Origin: a virus
DNA length: 64,000 bases
Reading direction: 5' to 3' (one strand)
IMG/VR virus record: IMGVR_UViG_3300044451_000434
Span: 32,001-96,000 of that record
Below the pieces are notes generated by a model. It was not told the origin of the DNA. It searched no databases and saw only the letters and a program-made list of their open reading frames with translations. Below, in pieces: positions 48,362 through 57,679 of this stretch (the first letter of the stretch is position 1; every line of letters begins with the position of its first letter). A program made the position numbers and the translations under genes.

Positions 48362-49269
48362 CACGGAGGCTGCCTCCAAGAATCGCCAAATCCGTATGGA
48401 GGGTGCATCTGGGCTTCGGTTGCACTCCAACTTATTTTAGCAGCCTTCAGCAATGTGTCCTTATGGACGAATCCATACTCAATATTTCTTGGCCAACATT
48501 TGTACAAAAATCTTTCAACAAGTATGGCCTTGGGGTCATTTACTACAAGATACTCGTTTTTTGCAGGCTCAGACAGCCTGATCACCTGACCGTCGACGAT
48601 CTCAGCCACATGGCAATCTTCAGATATGAATACACTGTCCAACAAAATGAACTGACCTGCAGTAATGCCGTCTGTATCTGCAAGCCTCACAAAAACATCA
48701 CCCTGCTCAATATCAGCTATGATTGACACATATCCCTTATCGCCAGCAATAGCAACAGGATTTTTCTTTAGACCTGTTTCTATAATGTTGGTAAGATGTA
48801 AAAGATACTCATAGCCCTCCTCTTGGGCGGCATCCGCAACATAGCAGACGATGTCAACCTCGTATGTTTCGTTGCTTACCTCCAAACCAATCCATTCAGA
48901 GTTCTTGCTCTTGCCATTTATCGTTATTGCAGGGTATTTTATGATAGTGTTTGGATCCCCAAGATATATACCCTGAATAAATTGCCCCTTCACAGCCTTG
49001 CGCAAATTGCAGCTCCCAACATTCCAATCAGAAAATCTGACACCATCTTGAAGAACTACATGCGTATCATCAGGAATCTCAACAACAATATGAGGATATT
49101 CAAATTCTTCACCATCGGTGATCAGCACATCATCGCCAACCTTGAAGCGATGAGAAGTTCTCAGCGTCAAAACATTGTCACCAACAGCTATGGGCTCCGT
49201 TATGGGAGATTGAAAGTTAACCCATCTGTGTATAATCTGTCGGAGACTAGTGAGAACCTTATACATCAA
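48361..49269 (-). CDS. Tail terminator/completion-like protein with two inserted beta-rich domains (302 aa)
   Basis: GIYLGDP..IKYPAITI...TYEVDIVCYV...LLHLTNIIETGL resembles the tail-terminator fold; located between connector and tube genes. Confidence 0.55.
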   Translation of the reverse strand: MMYKVLTSLRQIIHRWVNFQSPITEPIAVGDNVLTLRTSHRFKVGDDVLITDGEEFEYPHIVVEIPDDTHVVLQDGVRFSDWNVGSCNLRKAVKGQFIQGIYLGDPNTIIKYPAITINGKSKNSEWIGLEVSNETYEVDIVCYVADAAQEEGYEYLLHLTNIIETGLKKNPVAIAGDKGYVSIIADIEQGDVFVRLADTDGITAGQFILLDSVFISEDCHVAEIVDGQVIRLSEPAKNEYLVVNDPKAILVERFLYKCWPRNIEYGFVHKDTLLKAAKISWSATEAQMHPPYGFGDSWRQPP

Positions 49270-49529
49270 AGTGGGTATTTCATTATTTTTTCAACAACCC
49301 TATCAAGCATATCTTCCACAATCGCATTTATCTTGTCCATCTTGGCAGCATCTTCGGGCGAAGCGCTTCTTACTGCAGCGTCTTGAGTTGCCTCTTCTCT
49401 AGAGGAAAATATTCTTGTGCTAGCATATATGCGAGATGGAGCACTAGAAGACTCGGCAGACCCATCTTTTATGGCATTGATCTGCGCTAGAGCCGAGCTG
49501 ACAATATCTCTCATTTCTGCCATGATCAC
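49266..49529 (-). CDS. Hypothetical protein (87 aa)
   Basis: 4-nt overlaps with both neighbours. Confidence 0.55.
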   Translation of the reverse strand: MIMAEMRDIVSSALAQINAIKDGSAESSSAPSRIYASTRIFSSREEATQDAAVRSASPEDAAKMDKINAIVEDMLDRVVEKIMKYPL

Positions 49530-50251
49530 ATCTCAGGAATGTCTCTAGTCGAATCCTGATCAGTATTGGGTAGTGCATATCTACTCAGAAGCGTGGGGTT
49601 GGCAAATCTGCTTGAGATTCTATTCTGACCATGAAGAACAGTTCTCCCATTCAATATATTGCTCAACATGATGCGTGCCTGATTTCTCAACCCTTTGCCA
49701 TATTCGCTGTTTCCAGTCGCGCTCATGTAAGAGAAGTACCTGTCAAATAGACTGGCGACACAGAGACGTGCTGATGTCCCCGGGACAGGATCGGGGAATT
49801 TCACGCGCAGCAATCGTGATTCTGCGGCTGAAAAATCCACCAAGAAAGGTTCATTGACGATGAGGTTTGTTCCGTTCGCAACATCAGCGACTGTTCTTCT
49901 CTCATTAATAAATCCATTTGTCAACACAATCACATCACCAGGAACGAATACATTTGCATTTGGACTCATGATGACAACATCTGTGTTGTAGGGATCAATG
50001 TCTACCACAAGTTCAAATTCCACATCACTTATCTCTCTCAGTGGAGTGCTGTACATGGAGCTCAAAATAGAGTTTATGTACTGGTCGGCGAGAACAATGT
50101 GCTGATCAAGAATCTCGTCGGTTATCACATTCCCCTTGAGCATGTTACCAAAGTTGACGAGATCGCCTTTCTGAGTGAGCGTTGGATCTGTTGCAGTCGT
50201 AAAAGACTGGGCAAAAACACGCTTGCAAAGGTCTCGCGTTGCATATCCCAT
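49526..50251 (-). CDS. Head-tail connector/adaptor (Mu gp36/DUF1320-like) with an inserted domain (241 aa)
   Basis: MGYAT start, ILDQHIVLADQYINSILSSMYSTPL, PVPGTSARLCVASLF, QARIMLSNILNG follow the gp36-like pattern. Confidence 0.65.
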   Translation of the reverse strand: MGYATRDLCKRVFAQSFTTATDPTLTQKGDLVNFGNMLKGNVITDEILDQHIVLADQYINSILSSMYSTPLREISDVEFELVVDIDPYNTDVVIMSPNANVFVPGDVIVLTNGFINERRTVADVANGTNLIVNEPFLVDFSAAESRLLRVKFPDPVPGTSARLCVASLFDRYFSYMSATGNSEYGKGLRNQARIMLSNILNGRTVLHGQNRISSRFANPTLLSRYALPNTDQDSTRDIPEM

Positions 50252-51423
50252 CAGACCTGATCCCTAGTTATAATTCCCTTGACAAGTCTATTCTTCACAA
50301 TCTGAGCAGATGTTAAAAGCCCAGAGCAAACCGCGTTTCGCGGGTCTGCAGCCTTGCGAACATCGCCAATTTTGAACGGCAAATTTATTGAAGACATGAT
50401 TCTTTCCAATTTCTTATCGAAACCGTTTGGCATAGAAGTGCCTCCGGCGATCACCACATCAAGAGGCTTATCAAACTGACTCTTAACTTCTGTAAACTTC
50501 TTAGCAAACAAACCCACGACATGACGGAGCATAGCATCGTAATATGCGTCAAGGGCAAAAGCTGTGTCATTGTCTTCGTCTATATTTTTAAAATCAAGAA
50601 CTCGCTCTTTGAAGTCAATCACCTGAGACATAGGTACTGCAGTCTGCTCTGAAACCTGTTTATCTACCCAATCTCCGCTCCTGCTGACAGACATACCAAG
50701 AACCTGCATGCCCTTGTATGCCAAAACGCAGTTTGCCCTACCAGCACCAAATGACATTCCTATTCCACTGAACGGCACTTCTGTACCGTCATCAAGAACA
50801 ACAGACGGCCTCTCGCTGAGGATGACAGCAAGACCTTCTTCTATGACCTTTACATTCCAGCCAAGGCGGGTAAACATGGCCTTGAGGCGAGCTGCATGGA
50901 AAGTACTGTCCTGCCCACCGTCAGCGCACGGACTCGACACGCATGTGCAAACAACGGAATTTTCGTCAGGGGCCTTACCAAGAGAAGATTCTATAATGCC
51001 AGAAAGAACCAAACTCTTCTTTGGTTCATCTCTATTGAGCACTCCATCTTGAAGAGGACGACGAATCTCCACCGAACCAGGAAATAACTTGGCAACCTGC
51101 ATGGAGTCATCTCCAACGACAAAATACTGCATTCCGTCGTTTACATATCTCCAGCCATTTCTAGTCAAGATCTCTTCCAATTCTGATGAATATGGGATTT
51201 CTACAAATGCGTTCCTGACCGCAGAGACGCTTATCTTGTCATCAATGAGCTCTGCTGTCTGAAAAAACATAGTTCCCACATCAACTCCCACTGCTCGGGC
51301 GTGTGACTCTTGCGCCTGTACCGATTCAGCCTTGTTGGCAGTTTGCACAGGGGTATTCGGATTCACTGACGACCGAAGCTTTAGGGAGGCAAAATTCTGC
51401 ATGGCTTTTTCCTTGGCACTCAT
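50251..51423 (-). CDS. Actin-like ATPase (volactin-like family, 390 aa)
   Basis: Phosphate-1 VGVDVGT, connect-1 IEEGLAV, phosphate-2 GMSFGAGRAN, GDWVD, adenosine VVIAGGTS, connect-2 DPRNAVCSG. Confidence 0.9.
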   Translation of the reverse strand: MSAKEKAMQNFASLKLRSSVNPNTPVQTANKAESVQAQESHARAVGVDVGTMFFQTAELIDDKISVSAVRNAFVEIPYSSELEEILTRNGWRYVNDGMQYFVVGDDSMQVAKLFPGSVEIRRPLQDGVLNRDEPKKSLVLSGIIESSLGKAPDENSVVCTCVSSPCADGGQDSTFHAARLKAMFTRLGWNVKVIEEGLAVILSERPSVVLDDGTEVPFSGIGMSFGAGRANCVLAYKGMQVLGMSVSRSGDWVDKQVSEQTAVPMSQVIDFKERVLDFKNIDEDNDTAFALDAYYDAMLRHVVGLFAKKFTEVKSQFDKPLDVVIAGGTSMPNGFDKKLERIMSSINLPFKIGDVRKAADPRNAVCSGLLTSAQIVKNRLVKGIITRDQV

Positions 51424-51950
51424 CAGAGAAGACCCTCCAATTCATCTAATTTTTTCTTCATATCGGACGCGTCCTTAGATTTGCCTTTTTGAGGTTCCAT
51501 ATTGGTGGAAAGATTAGACGCCATTCGTGAAACAACTTTTTCATGTATAGCTATAAGGTTTTCGGCTTGCGGCTCAGATATTGATTCTACAACATCAATC
51601 TTTTCAACCCGAGATGAAACATGAACAACTTGAGGGGCAGGCATGGAAGATAACATATTTTTTAGCTCTGCTAATGATTCTGCTATGGCAGATATGGCCT
51701 TGCCGTCATTTTCTTCTCTGACTATTTTTCTCAATACGTCCATGTCTATGGTATTCTGGCGCCCACGGCTAGAATCTTTTGCCACCACTCTCAGATACCC
51801 GGCGACCACGGCTTTCTTGACTGAAGGACTTGCCTCGACAATTCTCCTGTCAGCAACAATGTCAAGATCTATAGACTGACTTGGAGACAAAATGACCTTT
51901 AGGTCTCCAAGCGACAAATGCTGCCTAGTTGTATTTACTACCAAAAACAT
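51423..51950 (-). CDS. Hypothetical protein, putative actin adaptor (probable start MFLVVN at 51950, 175 aa)
   Basis: TGATG overlaps at both ends. Small N-terminal domain, short coiled coil, C-terminal amphipathic helix MKKKLDELEGLL. Confidence 0.6.
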   Translation of the reverse strand: MFLVVNTTRQHLSLGDLKVILSPSQSIDLDIVADRRIVEASPSVKKAVVAGYLRVVAKDSSRGRQNTIDMDVLRKIVREENDGKAISAIAESLAELKNMLSSMPAPQVVHVSSRVEKIDVVESISEPQAENLIAIHEKVVSRMASNLSTNMEPQKGKSKDASDMKKKLDELEGLL

Positions 51951-52165
51951 CAGCCCTGCAATCTGGTTCGCGGTAAAGGTTTGAAATTTTTTGATGGATC
52001 TACAATCATCGTCGAACTCTTTTTGCACGATGGACAAACCATGTGAATCGTGCCCTGTGAGAAGTTGATCTCCACGTTGCCACGAGCCGCCGTACTAGAG
52101 AAACACGCAGGACACACCACCCTGAACTCCTCAGACTCATGGACCACCTCCTCTGGTTTAGGCAA
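51950..52165 (-). CDS. Zinc-ribbon protein (71 aa, TTG start)
   Basis: CPAC...CPSC pairs; SD AGGAG upstream. Confidence 0.7.
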   Translation of the reverse strand: MPKPEEVVHESEEFRVVCPACFSSTAARGNVEINFSQGTIHMVCPSCKKSSTMIVDPSKNFKPLPRTRLQG

Positions 52166-54416
52166 GGAACAAACTCCTTGCCAATTTTAACATGCAACCC
52201 CTTACATCTTCGTGATTGCATTCTGCCTCTTTGACTAAGAACTCTTCATCTATAAATGCCATTCGGTCTCGAGCTCGATTTGCACTGCCTAGACCAGATA
52301 GCCGCCAAGCCTTGCTGTCTGGCTCTTCCCCAATGAAATTTATCAGTGCGACAGTTTCTGCATCACTAATGAAATGCGGTCTTAAGCTAAAAGCCAAGCT
52401 AGCAATCACTCTTGCAGCATCTCGGCTATCATTGTTTCTGCTAGTCGCCTTATTGAATGCTTCCACAAGAGCATTATCTAACTTATTCTGCTCTTGAGGA
52501 TCAGCATTTGTCAACGATTCTCGCCATGCCTCAATACTGAATGCATTAACAACCTGCTGCAGTTTTTCGTATATCAAATTATAGGCATTCGGCCCACTTT
52601 TTGGAATGCGCTCAACGGTTCTGTTCGTGTTGTCTTTCAACAACTGCGCCATACACTCAGCCATTTCTTTACTGCTGATGGCATCTTTGATCTGCTGCAC
52701 CTTCTCCTCAAAAGGAAGACTAGAAATTCTTGGAGCCAATTCGTGCACCAGTAATTGTTTGCAACGACGCTTAGCCTGTTCTTTTTTGGAAGGAGTTTTC
52801 GGTCGACTCTGCTGAAGACTGTGAAGGTCAGATTTGTCGTAATTATCAGGTGCGAATTTCATCCAATCTCTCGGAGGATCAGCCCTATTTACCCTAACAA
52901 TGGCATTCAAAACCTTAATGCCCCCATTAACATCACCACTTTGTGTGGTGATTACAATTTGACCGTGATTGTGGTTGACATACGCTGTCTTCTTTTTGTC
53001 AAACAGCGACTTTAGCATGGTCAGTGCAGGAATTGAATAGCCACGATTAGCAACATTCATAAGCGTATCAAACCTTCCGATGAGCCTGTCACGTGCTATC
53101 TTTGCATCTCCGAGAGACTCCTTAAAAATATTTTTCATAGGATTTACGGCCGCCTGCCTATCCTTCATCTGTTCAGCACCAATCGTATCAACGGAAAGTC
53201 TATCAAGTATGCCCTTCAAAGAGCTAATATGGGTGTCAAGTTTGATGGCGAGTTGATTTTTAAATTCTTCAAGAATTTTGATAGCTTTATCGTTGTATTC
53301 AGAAAGAGGCTGACGCTCAAGATTTTGAATTTCACTCTGAATGTAGACATCAAGATCTCTATCTCCGCCTTGCCTGTCCGCGATCATGTCAAGACCTCGC
53401 TGCTCATTTGCGTCTACTCCCATTGCAAGAGTAGAGTCGTACTCATCCCGCTCGAATCGATTGACTCCAATTTCACTCCGACGCTTGTCAATCACATATG
53501 CGAACATATGTGCAACCACATCTTCGTCGCCACCCTGCAGGAGATTTACAAGCCTGCATAGAAGCGTGATGCCAACAACATCAAAACTAGTTGATATTCC
53601 TTGCATCTGATCAATAGTTTTATTAGATATTGCATGAACATTTTTCTTTTTAGAACGATTTAATTCATCTTGGACACGCCGAGGCATCTTTTCACGATGC
53701 CCATCAAAAAAACTATATACAAAGTTTCCCTTAGATCTATGAAAATCAGAAACATCTATGACTGCTCTCCCTCTTTCAATATCATTTAAATATTCAAGAT
53801 ATTGAGGATCTGATCTTCTTTTAAACCAGTCAGTTCCCAAGCCATTCCTAACACATACTGCACGAGCAGCGCTTTGATGGTTGGCAAGAGCTTGCCTGCC
53901 GAATTCTGGCAAATCGCCTTTAGATACCACATCATTCAGATGTGCGATGATGCTTTGCAGGTCATCTTGTCCTTCAGGAAATGTTGAACATGGAGACTCG
54001 TCGTGATTTACATTCGGCACCTCTCTCATGTGCCTTAAGGGCGCGGCTCCGCCCCGAATAGGTTGGGAACCACGATCACCCTGTATGGACACCTCGGGGG
54101 TCTGCAACAACTCTTTTAAACATGTAAGATTGTCAGTTAAAACATCTCGTGCCGCTTCGAGAACATGTTCCTGATTCTCGAGACCATGAATTCTTTCAAA
54201 AGCATCCTCAATCAGGCTATTCAACTCCTGACTCCGAACATCAACATGCTTAGTATGATCATCGGAAGCCCGCTGCATGGCGTCGACCACTTCAGTCAGG
54301 TATTTGTACAATTTATCGTTGCGATTCTTGATCAAATTAAGCTTCTGGGTCACCGATTCGCAAGCACCAAATGCGGTTTTTTGCAATTTCTGTGAAAACA
54401 TGATATACTTTTCCAT
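52158..54416 (-). CDS. Large helical hypothetical protein (probable start MEKYIM at 54416, 752 aa)
   Basis: Charged and helical, with an N-terminal coiled coil. The track's start at 54488 lies inside a hairpin. Confidence 0.6.
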   Translation of the reverse strand: MEKYIMFSQKLQKTAFGACESVTQKLNLIKNRNDKLYKYLTEVVDAMQRASDDHTKHVDVRSQELNSLIEDAFERIHGLENQEHVLEAARDVLTDNLTCLKELLQTPEVSIQGDRGSQPIRGGAAPLRHMREVPNVNHDESPCSTFPEGQDDLQSIIAHLNDVVSKGDLPEFGRQALANHQSAARAVCVRNGLGTDWFKRRSDPQYLEYLNDIERGRAVIDVSDFHRSKGNFVYSFFDGHREKMPRRVQDELNRSKKKNVHAISNKTIDQMQGISTSFDVVGITLLCRLVNLLQGGDEDVVAHMFAYVIDKRRSEIGVNRFERDEYDSTLAMGVDANEQRGLDMIADRQGGDRDLDVYIQSEIQNLERQPLSEYNDKAIKILEEFKNQLAIKLDTHISSLKGILDRLSVDTIGAEQMKDRQAAVNPMKNIFKESLGDAKIARDRLIGRFDTLMNVANRGYSIPALTMLKSLFDKKKTAYVNHNHGQIVITTQSGDVNGGIKVLNAIVRVNRADPPRDWMKFAPDNYDKSDLHSLQQSRPKTPSKKEQAKRRCKQLLVHELAPRISSLPFEEKVQQIKDAISSKEMAECMAQLLKDNTNRTVERIPKSGPNAYNLIYEKLQQVVNAFSIEAWRESLTNADPQEQNKLDNALVEAFNKATSRNNDSRDAARVIASLAFSLRPHFISDAETVALINFIGEEPDSKAWRLSGLGSANRARDRMAFIDEEFLVKEAECNHEDVRGCMLKLARSLFLA

Positions 54417-54451
54417 AAATAGTATTTCTGACTTGTTGCGACCTATCCTTG

Positions 54452-54497
54452 TGCGGAGGTGTGGGGCAGAAAACGAACCCCGCCCCACACCGCCGCA
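54452..54497 (-). terminator. Strong GC-rich hairpin just after phoH (terminator or mRNA-stabilising stem)
   Basis: Plus strand TGCGG-A-GGTGTGGGGC (14-nt loop) GCCCCACACC-G-CCGCA: 15 bp with one mismatch. No U-tract. Confidence 0.55.
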
Positions 54498-54503
54498 GTG
54501 ATG

Positions 54504-55193
54504 TCAGTTTTTTTCCTTGTATTTGAGGTCTATCTTAGAAACAAGACCATGTCGCTGGCAAGATTCTGGGGGGAATTGGAAACGACTAATCCCATCCACG
54601 CTCTTGAGCCTTCTAAGAGCATCTGTCAAGCCATTCCTAGACGACCTGCAATCTAGATCGCACTGGAATTCGTCACCTGCGACAACTGCTTTAGATGATT
54701 TACCAAGCCTAGTGAGGAAAAGGTGCATCTGCTCAGGAGTGCTGTTTTGCGCCTCGTCCATGATCATGAAAGTGTTTTCAAAAGTGACGCCACGCATGAA
54801 GGCAAGAGGGAGTATTTGAATTTCATCAGATGCCATCATTCTGCTAGCCGTGCTCTTCCCAAGAATTTTCTCCATAATCATCCTGATTGGAGCAACAAAA
54901 GGATCGAACTTTTGCTCAAGAGATCCAGGAAGGTATCCTAGTCTTTCGCCAGCGCTCACGTAAGGACGTGTAAGAATAATTTTGCTTATTCGTTTTTCAC
55001 TCAACATCCGCAAAGCCATGCCAGTGGCAATTGTTGTTTTTCCTGTACCCGCCATTCCATATAACATGGTCACTGCGCTGTCCTCAATTATTTTCACAGC
55101 TTGCCTCTGATGTTCATCAAGTGGCTTGAATGCTATATGGGACCCAGGACGACTGCTCTCAATCAACTGCTTGCGCTTGGACTTGTTGCTCAT
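54504..55193 (-). CDS. phoH: PhoH-family ATPase (229 aa)
   Basis: Walker A GMAGTGKT, LGYLPG, LAFMRG, DEAQN, LTRLG, GD..QCD, QRHGLV. Confidence 0.95.
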   Translation of the reverse strand: MSNKSKRKQLIESSRPGSHIAFKPLDEHQRQAVKIIEDSAVTMLYGMAGTGKTTIATGMALRMLSEKRISKIILTRPYVSAGERLGYLPGSLEQKFDPFVAPIRMIMEKILGKSTASRMMASDEIQILPLAFMRGVTFENTFMIMDEAQNSTPEQMHLFLTRLGKSSKAVVAGDEFQCDLDCRSSRNGLTDALRRLKSVDGISRFQFPPESCQRHGLVSKIDLKYKEKN

Positions 55194-55615
55194 GTCGCTT
55201 TTCCTCCCAATGTTAAGATGACAAAATCAGACGAACGAGAATCACGGCGGCACACAACACCATCCGTGAGCATCGCAACATATAAAGAGTCCACATCCTC
55301 CATACGCGATACGATTTCGTCCCAAACGGGCGAAGGGAGGCGGATACGCCTCCCTTCAAGCAACTGTAGTCTTATTTTTATTGGATTGAAGTTTGTCAAA
55401 GACTCAACCTGCACCAAAAAGTTGTCAAATTCATTAGCCAATTCCAACTGCCAAAAACCAGATTCGTCTCTTGATCGTCTCAACTGGTTTATCTGCTCGT
55501 CTCCCATACACTCTCGTAGATAGGCCAACTGATCTGCATTAAGCAGACGAGTCAATCTGCAAAATTCTGGATATGATTCAAAAATAGGTTCGTCTTTAGC
55601 TTTTTTTCTTTTCAT
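55190..55615 (-). CDS. Hypothetical protein (probable start MKRKK at 55615, 141 aa)
   Basis: ATGA overlaps on both sides. Confidence 0.55.
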   Translation of the reverse strand: MKRKKAKDEPIFESYPEFCRLTRLLNADQLAYLRECMGDEQINQLRRSRDESGFWQLELANEFDNFLVQVESLTNFNPIKIRLQLLEGRRIRLPSPVWDEIVSRMEDVDSLYVAMLTDGVVCRRDSRSSDFVILTLGGKAT

Positions 55616-55908
55616 GCTTGGATGTTTATGGGAGCGTTGAGCATGATATGGCACATGTTCAACACATGGGTGGTATCCGCGTCTGCTTCACCAGCAGCGA
55701 ACTTAACCAACAACCCGTTTTCAAGAGCAATACCCCTCCCTGAAAGCAAAGTGTTTCTGAAATTTTTGGGCATCCTATTCACTGCAGGATCATCACCATT
55801 GATGATATAATTCTTCATCTCTTCAGTAGCAAGGGCGTAGAAGAAACAATCACCATCCCCTGCAACCTTGTCAAGCAACTCTCGCAAAACTTTCTTGTTT
55901 ACGATCAT
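55612..55908 (-). CDS. Hypothetical protein (probable start MIVNKK at 55908, 98 aa)
   Basis: ATGA overlap with the upstream stop; contains VAGDGDCFFYAL. Confidence 0.55.
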   Translation of the reverse strand: MIVNKKVLRELLDKVAGDGDCFFYALATEEMKNYIINGDDPAVNRMPKNFRNTLLSGRGIALENGLLVKFAAGEADADTTHVLNMCHIMLNAPINIQA

Positions 55909-56903
55909 ACACCACCACCTGTAAATATGTATCTGAACCATCTGCTCCTGCCGCCAGGTAGAGCGTATTCAGGAGTGACAATATTTCTAGTCTTGGGATA
56001 TGGACCAAGTTTCTTGCCATCCAAGAAGCCTTTAACGCTCTCTTCATAATTCTTTTTCAAAGTGTCTAGGCTGCTCGAAAGATTTGAAGCACGCTCAGCA
56101 CTACCAAAAACAAGTTGCGGCTCCTGAAAAGTTAAAGACAGCATAATTTCTCTCATTGCATCTGCTGCAGCGCCGTAAAGAACAGCCGGGACAATCTCGC
56201 ATGGCACTGAAGCAAGACTGTAATTGCTTCTAGGCGGGTAAAAATTAAACCTGCCAAGAGCATTCGCCAAAAATCTGTACAGTTGATCATCGGAAAACCA
56301 TCTGAAATTGTAGTCGGCATTCACAATGTCATATGATGTAAATGGCGTGTTAAAAGTAACTGTACCACGAAAATAATTCGTAGAAAAGCCATCGTCTACG
56401 ATGTTGTTGTTCCTATAGATTCTGACGCCTGCTGACTGATTCCACCTCGGAAAAGAAAACGCAAAAGTGGCGTTGTCTTTTGACGGACGACCCTGCTCAA
56501 AATACACAGGTATGTTCATGGTTGGTCTTATGTGATATTCAAGAGCAACTATAAGATCCCTAATCTGCCCAAAATAAACACTTTCTGGATCGGGCCTCTC
56601 ATTTATGACAACCTCTTGAGTAATCGTGTTTATTCCAACACCATCATCATATGACCAGGTTAAATCCCATCGACCCACTTCTGCATCAGATGCAACCGAC
56701 CATATGTATGCATAATAACCATCAGATATGGTGATTGCAACATCTCCATCGACATCAACCTCTCCAGACGGACTGGTCAGAGTGACAGACACATCGGTGG
56801 CTGCGACAGGCTGAGAATTGAGAGATGTCAATCTCAGAAACAAACTGTTTGAAGTGCCTTGGGTAAATGTTCCTTGAGACTCTGTCGATTGACTTAGTGC
56901 CAT
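55905..56903 (-). CDS. Neck/head-completion protein with N-terminal Ig-like domain (332 aa)
   Basis: Ig-like VSVTLTSPSG...GYYAYIW...GRWDLTW. C-terminal adaptor-like FSDDQLYRFLANALGRFNFYPP...AVLYGAA. Confidence 0.55.
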   Translation of the reverse strand: MALSQSTESQGTFTQGTSNSLFLRLTSLNSQPVAATDVSVTLTSPSGEVDVDGDVAITISDGYYAYIWSVASDAEVGRWDLTWSYDDGVGINTITQEVVINERPDPESVYFGQIRDLIVALEYHIRPTMNIPVYFEQGRPSKDNATFAFSFPRWNQSAGVRIYRNNNIVDDGFSTNYFRGTVTFNTPFTSYDIVNADYNFRWFSDDQLYRFLANALGRFNFYPPRSNYSLASVPCEIVPAVLYGAAADAMREIMLSLTFQEPQLVFGSAERASNLSSSLDTLKKNYEESVKGFLDGKKLGPYPKTRNIVTPEYALPGGRSRWFRYIFTGGGV

Positions 56904-57676
56904 CAGAATTTCCTCAAGTCTTGCGAGGTTCTGCCTGTTGATGTTACTTCAATACGGCCAGGAATACCTGCCCGAGAAACCTGAACACCCGGCATCGGAG
57001 AGCCAAACCCAACAACTGCTCCAGAGGGAGCTTCAAAACACAAGGCATACATTCCGGATTTTACTGCCACCGCCATAGCATCATTCAATTCATTAAACCT
57101 CAAAGATCCGTATGGAGGATTGTAGGAAACCCGCTTGAGTTCTTGAGTAGTTCTGAGAGCCGCATCTACCATACGCAATGACACCCTGCTAACCTGTGCA
57201 GTTGATGCTCCTGCAGAAACCTTTGCGTATACAACTTTTTCATTGAAAGGATAGAACACAGATGCAGATCCGACCCTAGCTCCAGACATGAAAAAGTTGT
57301 CAAGCCTACTGCTCTCTTCAGATAGAAAGGCTCGCAAAGCAACCTGCGAAGGATCATCACCGCGAAGAGCCACGCCAAGAATTGGATCCCACAACAACTC
57401 TTCGTGAGACAAAAGCAGATCATCAACTGCTGGCGAAACTCCCATCCTTTCATAGATGCAAACATTTACCCTGTCATTTTTAATTCCGTCAGCCTTTATT
57501 GAAGCACCGTACATCGGGAAACGAAGCAATTCTAAAGAGATAACTGCAGAAGCATGCGTTATGGTAGATGAAAAAATACCTGAAGATGGATTGAGCTTTA
57601 GACCATCTTCTGATGTGCAGATACAGTAAAAAACAGATTGTCTTGGTGCAATAAATCTCACCGGAAATGATGGCAT
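56903..57676 (-). CDS. Hypothetical protein (257 aa)
   Basis: Tightly packed in the operon; TGATG overlap with the next gene. Confidence 0.55.
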   Translation of the reverse strand: MPSFPVRFIAPRQSVFYCICTSEDGLKLNPSSGIFSSTITHASAVISLELLRFPMYGASIKADGIKNDRVNVCIYERMGVSPAVDDLLLSHEELLWDPILGVALRGDDPSQVALRAFLSEESSRLDNFFMSGARVGSASVFYPFNEKVVYAKVSAGASTAQVSRVSLRMVDAALRTTQELKRVSYNPPYGSLRFNELNDAMAVAVKSGMYALCFEAPSGAVVGFGSPMPGVQVSRAGIPGRIEVTSTGRTSQDLRKF

Positions 57677-57679
57677 GAC

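Noticed and set aside
33054-50251. Contractile injection system, tailocin or myovirus tail
   Set aside because: No sheath, gp25-like, baseplate-J or spike gene recognised; capsid genes are present.
50251-52165. ParMRC-type partition cassette
   Set aside because: No centromere-like iteron array or intergenic space nearby, no evident ribbon-helix-helix or HTH in the adjacent protein, and the context is late structural. Not fully excluded.
53340-53450. Sigma-70 region 3-like segment (DSTLAMGVD...GLDMIAD) in the 752-aa protein
   Set aside because: No recognisable region 2 or region 4 HTH; resemblance too weak.
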